A stretch of 64,000 bases of DNA from Candidatus Omnitrophota bacterium (GTDB lineage Bacteria > Omnitrophota > Gorgyraeia > B26-G9): assembly GCA_043826565.1 (NCBI GenBank), contig JBDRPX010000015.1, positions 3,317 through 67,316 of the forward strand, given 5' to 3'. Both the position numbers and the translations under genes were made by a program. The notes under the pieces are model-generated. The model was given only the letters and a program-made list of their open reading frames with translations, searched no databases and was not told the DNA's origin. This document shows, piece after piece, positions 11,199 through 21,516 of this stretch (its first letter is position 1; every line of letters begins with the position of its first letter).

Positions 11199-11261
11199 TT
11201 ATTTCTTTTTTGCTTTAACTGCTTTTTTTGCTTTAGCTGGTTTAGCTTTCTTCACTGCCAC
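11199..11261 (-). CDS. 20-aa Lys/Ala-rich basic peptide MAVKKAKPAKAKKAVKAKKK
   Basis: GTG start with strong RBS GGGGGGTGAG; below the ORF-track cutoff. Confidence 0.5.
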   Translation of the reverse strand: MAVKKAKPAKAKKAVKAKKK

Positions 11262-11412
11262 TATGCTCACCCCCCTATTTTTTAAGAACAAGCCTATATG
11301 TTCATATTGGAATATGTCCATATATTTATATACTATAACAGTGTATGTTTGTCAAGCTAAAAATCTTGGTTTTTTGATAAAAACATAGAGTGAAAACATG
11401 GTTTGGGAAAAA

Positions 11413-11742
11413 CTAGTTTTTGGGCCTTTGCAGAGACTTTTTATCTATCTTTAAAGAAGGGATATCTTTGCATTGGGCCTGTAAAAAGGCGACTATTTCA
11501 TATTGGAAAGAATCTGTTTTATTGGTTAAGGTGTAAAATACTCTATTGCCCCGGCGCCGGTCTGTGACAATTTTCAAAAAACGCAACCGGCTAAGATGTT
11601 TAGAAATAACCGACTGCGATACTTTGAGCGTCCGGCAGATCTCGCCTACCGGGAGTTCTTCCCCTTCGAGAAGGCTTATAATCCTCAAACGCGTATCTTC
11701 CGCGCACGCTTTTAAAACTAATCTTACTTTTTTTACCGACAT
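11413..11742 (-). CDS. ArsR/SmtB family transcriptional regulator
   Basis: TRLRIISLL...VGEI...SQSVISKHLSRL...RRGNRVFY. Confidence 0.9.
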   Translation of the reverse strand: MSVKKVRLVLKACAEDTRLRIISLLEGEELPVGEICRTLKVSQSVISKHLSRLRFLKIVTDRRRGNRVFYTLTNKTDSFQYEIVAFLQAQCKDIPSLKIDKKSLQRPKN

Positions 11743-11820
11743 AAAACCACCTAAAAATCATTATTGCTTTATGAACATATTAGCATATACTTCTCTATTT
11801 GTCAATACAGGAAGCCGGCC

Positions 11821-13473
11821 CTAATACCACTCATATTTTTTGACCCGAGCTATTTTAAAAATATTTATTATTTTGCTTATAATAAACCGGGGGTATTCTG
11901 CGGATTTCTTATTAATAAAAACCGTAATATATTCTAACTCGCCCTCATACGAAACATAACCGGCAAATCTCGCCAAAGGACACATCTTGGCCTCTAGTTC
12001 CGCCAGGCGATTAATTTGACTGCGTCCATTTTCCGATTTTAGTTCCGGAAGAAGCAGGCCATATTGCCGTACTAAAGAATCTTTTAGTGGCCAAGCGGAA
12101 TTTTTATTTTTGCTTACCAATATAAAAACATCAAAATCCGGCACAGCCGAATAGATCTCCGGGTCAGGGAAACCAGCTCCGCCAATAGTCTGCGCATAAC
12201 CCCGGGTTTTTAAATCCCGGGAAAGCCTTTCGGCTAAAACCATTTCCCAGGAATCACGAAATATCCCGATCCTGGAATTTTGGTTTTTTAAAGCATCTAG
12301 CGTAGCAATATAATTCACAATGTTTTCTGTGGCTATTTCTCCTATTTGGGGATAAGTCTTTCGGCTTTTTGCGTTTACTTCCGTGAAAAAAGGATAAGCT
12401 GCCAGCGTTAAAATAAGCAGTATCGCATAGATATTATCTTTATATTTTTTAGAATAAACCCCCAGCATAACCGCGGCTTGCGGCAAGGCCGGCGCCAGAT
12501 AAAACCAGTGAAACCATTTTCCGCGCACATCAAACAAACTAAAAAAAACCAGACAAAACAATAATGATGAGCCGATCAATACTGCGAAAGTTTCTTTGCG
12601 GGCAAGCATCCGGATACAAACATAGATCCATAAGCATAAAATCGGCAAAGAAAAACATATTTTTAATCCGATCAGATAATGCGTAAGTTCCCGGATAAAA
12701 TTATGGCCGCCGGGCATAAACGCCTCGCACAAATAAAAGCCGGCCTGATGCGCAGTGAACAACAAAACCCCGGATAATAAAAAAGCAATCCCCCCATAAC
12801 TGATGTTTTTTACGTTAACCGATTTTATTTTTTTTATAAACATAAAAATTATGACCACGGCCGGGCCGATAAAAAAAAGAAAAAACTGCTCTTTCATCAG
12901 AACACCCAACCCAAAGACAATACCAAAAGCTATGGAGAATTTTCTTCGGGAAAAATATTCACTTCGCAGCAAGTAATAAAACGCTGTTATGGTTAAGGCG
13001 ATTTGTCCGGCATATAATGTCAGTCCCTCAGCATGCAAAACAATTCCCGGAAGGATACTAAGAAAAAGCGCGGCGATTATTCCGCTCCCCGGGCATAGAT
13101 ATTCCCCGGTTTTAAAGGTAAAGATAATTGTCACCACAAAAAAGATTAGGGGTAAAATATATAATTCCGTAAGCAAAAGATTCCCGACAAATAAATCCGT
13201 TGTCACCGCAGAGAAAAAATACAATGGCGGACGGTGAATAATATGATTTAAACTATAGATTATTTCCCAGAGAACGCCCCCTAAATTTTGACCGGCAAAA
13301 ATAGTTGCGAGATGATTTTGGATCATTACATTGGCCGCATGGTGAGTTTCCGCATCATGCCCAAACAACCCAAAAAAAGTTTTTGCGGAGATTGCATTGC
13401 GATAACTGAAGATTAAGATAATCACAAAAATCAGGATCAGGGGAACCAAATTCGCGCGTTTTTTCTTAAGCAT
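11821..13473 (-). CDS. GT-C (ArnT/PMT-like) polytopic glycosyltransferase
   Basis: HRPPLYF motif, many TM helices, GLGVLMK. Confidence 0.75.
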   Translation of the reverse strand: MLKKKRANLVPLILIFVIILIFSYRNAISAKTFFGLFGHDAETHHAANVMIQNHLATIFAGQNLGGVLWEIIYSLNHIIHRPPLYFFSAVTTDLFVGNLLLTELYILPLIFFVVTIIFTFKTGEYLCPGSGIIAALFLSILPGIVLHAEGLTLYAGQIALTITAFYYLLRSEYFSRRKFSIAFGIVFGLGVLMKEQFFLFFIGPAVVIIFMFIKKIKSVNVKNISYGGIAFLLSGVLLFTAHQAGFYLCEAFMPGGHNFIRELTHYLIGLKICFSLPILCLWIYVCIRMLARKETFAVLIGSSLLFCLVFFSLFDVRGKWFHWFYLAPALPQAAVMLGVYSKKYKDNIYAILLILTLAAYPFFTEVNAKSRKTYPQIGEIATENIVNYIATLDALKNQNSRIGIFRDSWEMVLAERLSRDLKTRGYAQTIGGAGFPDPEIYSAVPDFDVFILVSKNKNSAWPLKDSLVRQYGLLLPELKSENGRSQINRLAELEAKMCPLARFAGYVSYEGELEYITVFINKKSAEYPRFIISKIINIFKIARVKKYEWY

Positions 13474-14935
13474 GGGTATTTACTGCTCCGTTTGCTAATT
13501 TTTCCGCAACCTCCATAGCTGAAAGCATGGCCGCATCAGTATTGCAATATTCATGCTGCCCGTTTCTGCCGATAAGAAACAAGTTCTTGGTCGTATTGAT
13601 AAATACCCCGAGTTGGGCTAATTCGCCCTGCTCTAGGCCATGAACCGGATAGGCTTTTTCCTGTCGGATGACAACTCCATCAATGAAATCATTCGGGTCA
13701 ATAAAATCAAGCCTGGCTAAATCGCGGATTGTTTGTTTTACCAGCACATCATCCTGCTTTTCCCATAATTGGCTTTCCTCCGAACAAAAATATTCTGCGC
13801 CAAGCAAAACATGCTCTTTGTCTTTAACTAGAAATTCGCTCCAATTGTTAAATATTTGAAGCCTTCCCATGGCAATATCTTTATTGTGTATATAAATCCA
13901 TTGGTCCGGCAAGGTGCTTACATTTCTTTTTGAAACATTAAGTTTGGATTTTTTTAAGATCAGGCCCACTATAATTACATTCCTATAGATAAGTTTTTCG
14001 GCCGCGCTAAGTATTGACTCGGGCACCTTGTTTTCAAAAGCACTAACCAGCTCACCCAGGGGGATTGAAGAAATAAAATAATCACCCGGCTCAACAGAAA
14101 TCTTCTTTGTTGATAAATTCATAATTTTGGCACTATGGATATTCTCCTGATTATTGAGCCCGATCATTTTATGGCCTAAGAAAATCTTTCCGCCCTTTTC
14201 GATAATCCTGGCGGCAATGGTTTCCCATAACTGTCCCGCGCCTTTAGCCGGATACAAAAACTGTTCGGTTAAGCTGGGAGGAACAGACCCCGGCATTAGC
14301 CCCAAGGCTTTTCTGGGAAAAACTTTCTTAATCGCATGATCAAGGATAGATTTTATAGATACTGATTGAATGCGCCCTTTCGCCCATTGAGCGCTAATAA
14401 GATTACACGGCAGGCCCCACACTTTTTGAGTATAATCCTGAAAAAACGTCCGGTAAAGCTCTTCGCCAAACCGCATTATAAGCAAATCTTCCAAGGAATT
14501 AATTTGTTTGCGCGGAAATAGTTGGGATTTCAAATAACTTAATAAAATTTTGCCTATTTTCCGAAACCCCAGAGCTTTTAAGATCTGATGATTTATTTTC
14601 AGCGGATACCGAATAAAGGCATTCCCGAAAACAATCCGGGAAATACGCTTTTTCAGAATCAGGCATTGCTCCGCAGGAATATTTAGAGGAAGAGCCTTTA
14701 ACCACCATTTTAATATTTTTTGTGATGTCGTAAAATAACGATGCCCCCCGATATCCAAGCGATTCCCTTTATAATCAATAGTGCGGCAAAGCCCTCCAAC
14801 TATATTTTGAGTTTCAAAAACCAAAGGCTGGATATTAGTCTTGGTTAACAGTTCGTGAGCTAAGGTTAGTCCGGCGGGCCCTGCTCCGAAAATAATGGCT
14901 TTTTGTGGTTTGTTTTTCAATTTCTCGTTTACCAA
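13466..14935 (-). CDS. FAD-dependent oxidoreductase (UDP-galactopyranose mutase/protoporphyrinogen oxidase-like)
   Basis: GAGPAGL, VGGLCRT, DIGGHRY, YTQKVWG, GRNGQH motifs. Confidence 0.85.
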   Translation of the reverse strand: MVNEKLKNKPQKAIIFGAGPAGLTLAHELLTKTNIQPLVFETQNIVGGLCRTIDYKGNRLDIGGHRYFTTSQKILKWWLKALPLNIPAEQCLILKKRISRIVFGNAFIRYPLKINHQILKALGFRKIGKILLSYLKSQLFPRKQINSLEDLLIMRFGEELYRTFFQDYTQKVWGLPCNLISAQWAKGRIQSVSIKSILDHAIKKVFPRKALGLMPGSVPPSLTEQFLYPAKGAGQLWETIAARIIEKGGKIFLGHKMIGLNNQENIHSAKIMNLSTKKISVEPGDYFISSIPLGELVSAFENKVPESILSAAEKLIYRNVIIVGLILKKSKLNVSKRNVSTLPDQWIYIHNKDIAMGRLQIFNNWSEFLVKDKEHVLLGAEYFCSEESQLWEKQDDVLVKQTIRDLARLDFIDPNDFIDGVVIRQEKAYPVHGLEQGELAQLGVFINTTKNLFLIGRNGQHEYCNTDAAMLSAMEVAEKLANGAVNTHA

Positions 14936-15030
14936 TTACTCTCCTATCTGCAGGATAAGCCTGTAAGTATTTAGGCTGTTTATTCGATCAAAAGACGGGA
15001 ACAAAAAATTCGTCCACTTTATTAGGACCT

Positions 15031-15110
15031 ATTTCATCACGACTTTAACTCCCTTCAAACAATATATGATTTTAGCAAGAAAGGTAGTCTTTAGGCAAGG
15101 ATTTAAGGAA
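15031..15110. repeat. 80-bp direct repeat copy 1 (promoter/RBS-like)
   Basis: Near-identical to 16283-16362; minus strand has TTGCCT...TAAAAT and GAAGGGAG. Confidence 0.85.
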
Positions 15111-15163
15111 GCTACGACTTTATTTTTCTGTTATCCTTTGTTTAAACTGGCGAAGAATGTGTG

Positions 15164-16066
15164 CTACCACTTAATGCTGATGCCTCCGATTACTCCGCGG
15201 CGGTTATGATAACCGAAAATAGCTGTCATGTCACTTTGGAAAAGATATCGCGCTTGAGCAGAGACAGTTATATTGTTCTCCGTTGTTTCTCCGGACTCAT
15301 AAAGATTTCCCGTTGCATTGTCCCGAGATACCGAGATTTTATCCTGACGAGAAATTCCCAGCGTAGCGGCCCAAAACCAACGTTTCTTGAACCGCCTACC
15401 AAAAACCCCGAATAGCTCAAATTCATCACTAAGATTCTTATCTCCTAGAGCAGTAAGCCCCGGAGGCGGGGCGCTGACAATAAAAGATGTATTGTCAAGC
15501 TCATCTGTCTGCATCCAACAACCCCCTGCCCCATAGAGAATGTTCCCTTTTATTCTCCCTAGCTCAAGCGCCATGCTGGAGCCATCAGCTACTCCTCCGC
15601 CTCCGGCAGTCAAACCGACATATCCAAACGAAGTATTCCGTTCTGCTTTTTTATCTATACTTATAAGCACCCGGTTAACCAAATCGTTTTCCGCATTTGT
15701 ACTTGTTAGCTGTTTGTTCTCTATCCGCGCTAATACATCACTTGCTTCTTTTGCTTCATTCGTTTCCGGATACTCATACAGAAGTATCTCCAGATAGACG
15801 CTTGCCTTCTTTAGCTCCTCAATGAGAATTAACTTTTTACCTATGTCTAAAAGTTGGGCCGCACTCATTTTCCCATGGTAGCCCGTGTTCTTTTCCAGGA
15901 TACGCTCTAAGCGGTTAATTTTTATCATCAATGCTGTATTTTGTGATTGCATTTTCTCGATGTCCGGAGCGGAAACACGGTCAAAGACAACCACGCATAA
16001 AAGCACTACCAGCATTGTCAGCAAAAGTAATTTTTTAATTTGGGATCTTTTTTTCTTTTTCATCAA
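15164..16066 (-). CDS. Exported protein with helical N-term and probable beta-barrel C-term
   Basis: N-term TM, TPR-like YPETNEAKEA, alternating beta strands, terminal Trp. Confidence 0.65.
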   Translation of the reverse strand: MMKKKKRSQIKKLLLLTMLVVLLCVVVFDRVSAPDIEKMQSQNTALMIKINRLERILEKNTGYHGKMSAAQLLDIGKKLILIEELKKASVYLEILLYEYPETNEAKEASDVLARIENKQLTSTNAENDLVNRVLISIDKKAERNTSFGYVGLTAGGGGVADGSSMALELGRIKGNILYGAGGCWMQTDELDNTSFIVSAPPPGLTALGDKNLSDEFELFGVFGRRFKKRWFWAATLGISRQDKISVSRDNATGNLYESGETTENNITVSAQARYLFQSDMTAIFGYHNRRGVIGGISIKW

Positions 16067-16282
16067 GTATTAGAAGTTGCGTGTCCCCTTCAGGGTACAA
16101 ATAAAAAAAGACAAACACATCCGTGATTGCCCGATTAAATCCTTATGGACAAATGCTACACCTTTGCTATTAGTTAGTCAATAAAAAAGGGATATCTCAC
16201 ACGGTCTCTACGTTTAGAACTACTCGTTCTCCGCCGACAATCAATCCTGTTTTTAGAATTGTTTGTTTTTTTAAGCTCCACA

Positions 16283-16362
16283 ATTTCATCACGTATTTAA
16301 CTCCCTTCAAACAATATATAATTTTAGCAAGAAAGGTGGTCTTTAGGCAAGGATTTGAGGAA
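16283..16362. repeat. 80-bp direct repeat copy 2
   Basis: Matches 15031-15110. Confidence 0.85.
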
Positions 16363-16394
16363 AGAGCTTGCTGGCTTCTACGGATGTGCGGATA

Positions 16395-17054
16395 TTACCA
16401 GTTAGCACCCAGACCCACAATAACCTGATCAGCGTCAAAGTTTATACTTCCGTCTTCTTTATCCATATCCTGGCGATATTCAACCACAAAAAACATTTTT
16501 GATTTCTCTCGGCCTAACTCAACTCCCAGGCAATTACTCCAGAAAGACCCGTCAAAATCAGATTTTGTGGTATTTAATCCATAGTGCCGGCCGCCGTAAA
16601 TATCCAGGCCTAAGTATGAGCCTTGTGAATTTCTTTCCGCTTCTCCGGAAAAATAACCATAGCCTGCGCCGACATATGGAGACAATGTCCAGCCTGATTT
16701 AAAGATATTCACGGATTTCAGCGGATAAGCGCGCGCGGTAATACGGGTATCCCACATATGCGCGTTAATGGCATCTTTGGTGTGCGGAAAATAATGGGTG
16801 GCGTTTTCTGTGGAATAATTAACCTTGCCTCCGCTCTTGCCGCGAAGAAACCCCAGCCCCCAGGACAAATCTACCATATCAAAATATTTATGAGAACGCA
16901 ATTCCGTTTCAAAATAACCCGTAGCATCTTTATGATAATAATCATCAAACCCGGTATCTTTTTTAAAACCATAGTCTCCCATGCGCAAGGAACAACCTGA
17001 AACACTCAACCCGATCATCATTATTATAATTATTTTAATAATCTGTTTCATCAA
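16395..17054 (-). CDS. Lipoprotein-signal outer-membrane beta-barrel-like protein
   Basis: Lipobox LSVSGC, SPYVGAGYG, terminal VGLGANW. Confidence 0.7.
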   Translation of the reverse strand: MMKQIIKIIIIMMIGLSVSGCSLRMGDYGFKKDTGFDDYYHKDATGYFETELRSHKYFDMVDLSWGLGFLRGKSGGKVNYSTENATHYFPHTKDAINAHMWDTRITARAYPLKSVNIFKSGWTLSPYVGAGYGYFSGEAERNSQGSYLGLDIYGGRHYGLNTTKSDFDGSFWSNCLGVELGREKSKMFFVVEYRQDMDKEDGSINFDADQVIVGLGANW

Positions 17055-17217
17055 TATCTCCTTTTCTAAACAAAAAAACCATCACTTCCGTGATTGCTTG
17101 GACAAAATTTCTTTGTAAATTATACTATTTTTATATAAATCCGTCAACTAGGTTTTTCGGAAATTAAGACTCAAAACTAATGGGCCTGGTATACGTTATC
17201 CCCTAAACGCCGGATTT

Positions 17218-20200
17218 TCATATCGCCTGTTCCACCAGAGCAGAAATGCCGGTCATCGGATTAGCATTAATTTCCGATTGTAATCCACTATTGTTTGTTT
17301 CTCCGAGAAGAACATCAATCCTCACGATCTTCTTATCTCTCAGCTGATGCGCAATATTTTCATCAGTAATGGTGTCGCCAACAAATACCGCGGCAAGGTC
17401 TTTCCCTTCCAAATCTCGATAAATTCTGATCTGCTGTGGAACCACCGCACCTTCTCCAAAGGTATCCTTAAAATTTCCATCCAGGCTTAAAACATTATGA
17501 TAGACCAGTAAAGTATTTTTAAACTGTTTCGCGGCAAAGCTGCCCCGAGGCAAAACAATCTGTTTTTTCTCCCCGTTAACCATAAAAACCGCTTCCTCTT
17601 CCTGTGCCAGGAATAACTCGCCTGACAAACAAGGACTATAAGTAAATTGTTCCTGCCCCTGATTGTTTACACTAAAATAAGTCTCTCCCCAGAGCAGTTT
17701 TTCCAAAAACCATTTCATTACTTCGGAGTTATAACCGGAAAACCGGGCATAGTGTCCACGGCCTTCTTCATCCTGGTATGAGACATTCTGAAAGAAAGCA
17801 CGTCCGTAAACCAGCTCATCCATATACGGCGCGATATTGCGATGAATATCCGCGTAAAACTCGCTGATCAGTCCTGCTCCCAGCAATTCCGTCATGAATT
17901 TCCCTTCCTGATGTTTAAACGCACCATTCTCCAGATGCCCGCGCGGAAATACACTTTTCCGCCTTGTTACCAATTCCACCTCATCATCTTCAGTCAACGG
18001 TTCATTCAACCGATAATTGCCTGTCTGCGCGTTATACAGCTGTGTCTGCTGTACTTTCCGGTAGACTTCCCGGGCCTGCTGCGGATTTTCTGCGGTCTGT
18101 AAATCTCCGACAACGCCTTCCAGAAAAAGCGGCAATGACTTCCTGACAAACTTTTTGGCTTGGACCGCGGGAAAATCTTCCGCGGCCATTATTTCTTTGC
18201 CGCTCTGGTCGCGCAAGATCTCATATTCAGTCATATCATAATAAAAATACGCATGTGTTAATCCACTCTGCGGATCTTTTGCTTTGTCCAAAGCAGCACG
18301 CAGTTTCTTTTTTCCATCATTTAAAAAAGCTTTGATCTCCGCCACGGTTACGCGGTCGGTTTTTCCGGAAACACCCAGTCGTGTCTGAGCATTATATTCT
18401 TCCTGAAAGATATTGCTTTTATCCCAGAAATCGAAGCATTCCGTATCAGACTGAAAATCTTTTTTATCCACATGCTGATCCAGGACATCGGCAAGCTTCC
18501 GGAAATACGCAGCTTTTTCTTCTGAAACCGCCACCGTATCCGTCCCATTAAACTGCATAGCGTCAAAATACTGCTCCCAGGATTCAAAAAGAAGATATAA
18601 GTCTGTAGTGACCCGTGCCGATGAGCCGAAATAGGCAGCCAGTTTGCTTAAGGAGTCATCCCACCCAGGCTTACCCGCTTTAAATTCCACGCCCACTCCA
18701 TGCGGATCAAGATCGGCAATTTTCATCAGCAAAGTCAGCATTTTCTCAAAAGCAGAACTATAAAAAATATCCCCGGTTTCGTAATCGTAACCGGTATGCA
18801 CTTTATCTCTTGCCTCTTTCTGCCGGGATTCATTTCGCCTGCTTCTTTCTTCTACATGTTCCAGCACTTTTCGCTGTAGAGGTTTACCGTCTACTAAAGC
18901 ATATCTGCCGTTTGCCCCATAGCGGGGTTTTACTTGCACCGTAGATTCAAAGGCCGTAAGCTGAGTTTGGAAAAGAAGTTCTCTAAATCTTTTTCTATTC
19001 TCCTCTTTATCCAGAGGAAATAAACGTATAAAATTCTTAAAAAAATCGTTAATATATCCCACGCTATGATCCTGCCAATATCCCTCGCCAAAATCAGCCT
19101 GCTGAATAACCTCGGAAGAAGCGATTAGATCACGTAAAAACGCGTCTTTATCCTTGATCTTAATACCTTCTTTATCGATAAATTCCACTAATTTACGCAA
19201 TATAAAACCGTTTCGCAAAAAATCAGCCAGTTTATAAACATCTTTCCCTTTGACATAAGTTAATAAAAACCGGGGCAATCTTTTTTTCCCTCCGGCATAT
19301 TTCAATATTCCCGCCCCAACTCCCATGGGATTATATCCGTCTAATTGGACTAAAGACAGAAACCGCAGAATATCCGTTTCCGCCAGATCCGGATCGACCA
19401 GCATATTTGTCCGCCGGTTTTGCAGCACATCACGAAAATTACCCATACCTTCTTCCCGGTCAATGATGACAAAATTACCGTAATCACGTTCCTGATCAGC
19501 GTGCTTTACCTTGTTTTCATATTCCACGACAATGCGCCCATCCTTAGTTCGATATTCTGCTTTCACCGCCGGCATACCGCCCCGCAAATAATTTTCCAGT
19601 TTGCTCTGAGCAAACCAGGCATTAAGTTTCTTATCCCGGGAATGTATCCAGGCATCTTCGTATAACCATTGTTCGATGATCGCATCCATTTCCGCTCTTT
19701 TTTGCCGGAAATATTCTTTATTTAAAATTTTCCCCTCAAGCGCGGCAATCTTCGGGTCAAGCTCTCCGCTTTTTAACTTTTCCTGCGCTGATATCTGTCC
19801 ATAATATGAATAAATCGTATGTTCATTTCTACCTTCTCCCAAACGCACCCGGGCAAAATTCATAGCGCAGAAATGCTGGCCGCCGTCTTTATTATTCAAA
19901 CGATCGGACTGCTGCCGGGATTGGAATTCTCCAAAATCAGCGCCAAAAAAACGCGATGCCACCCGCCGGTCACCTTCCCCGAATACCCTGTCTTTATCCC
20001 AAACCGGAGAAATGGTTACAGAAGCATCAGAACTGAAGCTGGTATAAAAATTATTCAACTCATCGACAACCGGCTTCCCTCTCACATTGTCAACATTATC
20101 TTCTATTGCCCTGGCCCGGGTGAGCACAGTATTGCCTCTGAGCTCAACGGAATTGAAATACTGCCCGGTATGGGACATATTGTCCCGGGTCCATTTATTC

Positions 20201-20988
20201 TGCCCCGGGGACATGATCTTGCGCATTCCTTCCAGCACCTCATACTCTATTGCCGCTTGTTCAAACCCGGGTAACTTTCTCACTGTAAATTCCCGCGCGA
20301 ACAAAGGAACTCCTTCCCGCGGAACTTGATTATATGTGACTTCGACTTCTATACCTAAGGTAAGGTTTCTCTCCCGGATCTTTTTCTTTCCATTGCCGAG
20401 ATATTCAATTAATTCATTTTCTATTTCATAACCTCTTTGCAAAGAATCTTCCGGAAGAAAAGGAATATAATCAAGAACCATGTCTTCGCCGCCAAACAAA
20501 GTCCTGACCTTGAGAAAGGTTCCAAACCCCTGATTCAATACTTGTTCCATAGCCCTGTCCTTAGGCAAAAACTCCATGATCGGATCATCTTTAGTGGTAA
20601 CGTTGATACTGCTGATCTGCTCTCCTTTATTTACACTGAAAATCCCCAAACTTCCGCCGACCGGGGTGATCGTATCAGCGTATACAGGGAATTTATCGAA
20701 ATTTTTTATGACTACGCATTTATTTTCCGCGTCATAAACAGCCTCAGTTTGTCTTTTTTCATCAAGCTCCCGCATCCTTTGATCTATCAGATAAGCAACA
20801 TGTAATACTTCGGCAGTTTTCACCATGTGAAATGCCTGAAGAAAAACTGCATTATCTATTTCGATCCGGGGAGATAAACAGTTTTCAGAAACCGGCTCAG
20901 CGTACGCATGACTCTGCGGTAGGAAAAATAAGTTCTGGTTGAGTAAAAAAACGCTGATAAGAAAAATGCCGATATATTTGTTCCGCAT
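17218..20988 (-). CDS. Glycoside phosphorylase-like protein (GH161/GH149/GH94-related) with an export signal
   Basis: KHADQERDY, GNFRDVLQNRR, QLDGYNP, GEGYWQDH, KPGWDD, LFLEG, GHLEN motifs; signal peptide, CLSP motif, C-term LVEQAI. Confidence 0.75.
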   Translation of the reverse strand: MRNKYIGIFLISVFLLNQNLFFLPQSHAYAEPVSENCLSPRIEIDNAVFLQAFHMVKTAEVLHVAYLIDQRMRELDEKRQTEAVYDAENKCVVIKNFDKFPVYADTITPVGGSLGIFSVNKGEQISSINVTTKDDPIMEFLPKDRAMEQVLNQGFGTFLKVRTLFGGEDMVLDYIPFLPEDSLQRGYEIENELIEYLGNGKKKIRERNLTLGIEVEVTYNQVPREGVPLFAREFTVRKLPGFEQAAIEYEVLEGMRKIMSPGQNKWTRDNMSHTGQYFNSVELRGNTVLTRARAIEDNVDNVRGKPVVDELNNFYTSFSSDASVTISPVWDKDRVFGEGDRRVASRFFGADFGEFQSRQQSDRLNNKDGGQHFCAMNFARVRLGEGRNEHTIYSYYGQISAQEKLKSGELDPKIAALEGKILNKEYFRQKRAEMDAIIEQWLYEDAWIHSRDKKLNAWFAQSKLENYLRGGMPAVKAEYRTKDGRIVVEYENKVKHADQERDYGNFVIIDREEGMGNFRDVLQNRRTNMLVDPDLAETDILRFLSLVQLDGYNPMGVGAGILKYAGGKKRLPRFLLTYVKGKDVYKLADFLRNGFILRKLVEFIDKEGIKIKDKDAFLRDLIASSEVIQQADFGEGYWQDHSVGYINDFFKNFIRLFPLDKEENRKRFRELLFQTQLTAFESTVQVKPRYGANGRYALVDGKPLQRKVLEHVEERSRRNESRQKEARDKVHTGYDYETGDIFYSSAFEKMLTLLMKIADLDPHGVGVEFKAGKPGWDDSLSKLAAYFGSSARVTTDLYLLFESWEQYFDAMQFNGTDTVAVSEEKAAYFRKLADVLDQHVDKKDFQSDTECFDFWDKSNIFQEEYNAQTRLGVSGKTDRVTVAEIKAFLNDGKKKLRAALDKAKDPQSGLTHAYFYYDMTEYEILRDQSGKEIMAAEDFPAVQAKKFVRKSLPLFLEGVVGDLQTAENPQQAREVYRKVQQTQLYNAQTGNYRLNEPLTEDDEVELVTRRKSVFPRGHLENGAFKHQEGKFMTELLGAGLISEFYADIHRNIAPYMDELVYGRAFFQNVSYQDEEGRGHYARFSGYNSEVMKWFLEKLLWGETYFSVNNQGQEQFTYSPCLSGELFLAQEEEAVFMVNGEKKQIVLPRGSFAAKQFKNTLLVYHNVLSLDGNFKDTFGEGAVVPQQIRIYRDLEGKDLAAVFVGDTITDENIAHQLRDKKIVRIDVLLGETNNSGLQSEINANPMTGISALVEQAI

Positions 20989-21198
20989 ACAATAATTCTC
21001 CCTATATACTCTTATTTTATTTTAATTTATTAAGTTAGAAACAAAAGGACTCAAAAGTATACCTGACGAACTATTTTTTGTCAAGACAGGGAGAAATAAA
21101 ACATCCTATTATCCCGCAATGGGTTGCGATATTTTAAGGGAAGATAAGATAAGGAGGAAACAGAGAGATTTTCCTTTGCCGCTTCTTTATCGCGTTTC

Positions 21199-21387
21199 TT
21201 ATTTTATTTTTCTAAAAACAAACACAGCAATTGCAATTACTATGATCACAACCAAGACCGTTATTGCAATAACCCGGGAGGAAAGTTCTTGCCCTCCTTG
21301 CTTTAACTTAGACACAAGCGCGAAGATCACGGTTCCGACGCAAACGATCAATCCTGTTTGTAATCCTTCTTTTATAAACTTATCCAT
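21199..21387 (-). CDS. Small two-TM membrane protein
   Basis: Two hydrophobic helices, basic tail, RBS AAGGA..GGAAAG. Confidence 0.55.
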   Translation of the reverse strand: MDKFIKEGLQTGLIVCVGTVIFALVSKLKQGGQELSSRVIAITVLVVIIVIAIAVFVFRKIK

Positions 21388-21516
21388 TTCTTTCCTATCC
21401 TTTGTTTATACAATATCTTACAATATTGGAAGGTATTTTACAACAATTTCCCCTTGGATGCCCGCCAAACCTGACAGCTTGGCGAGGTCTCGCCGTTATT
21501 TGGCGGAGGCACCGTT

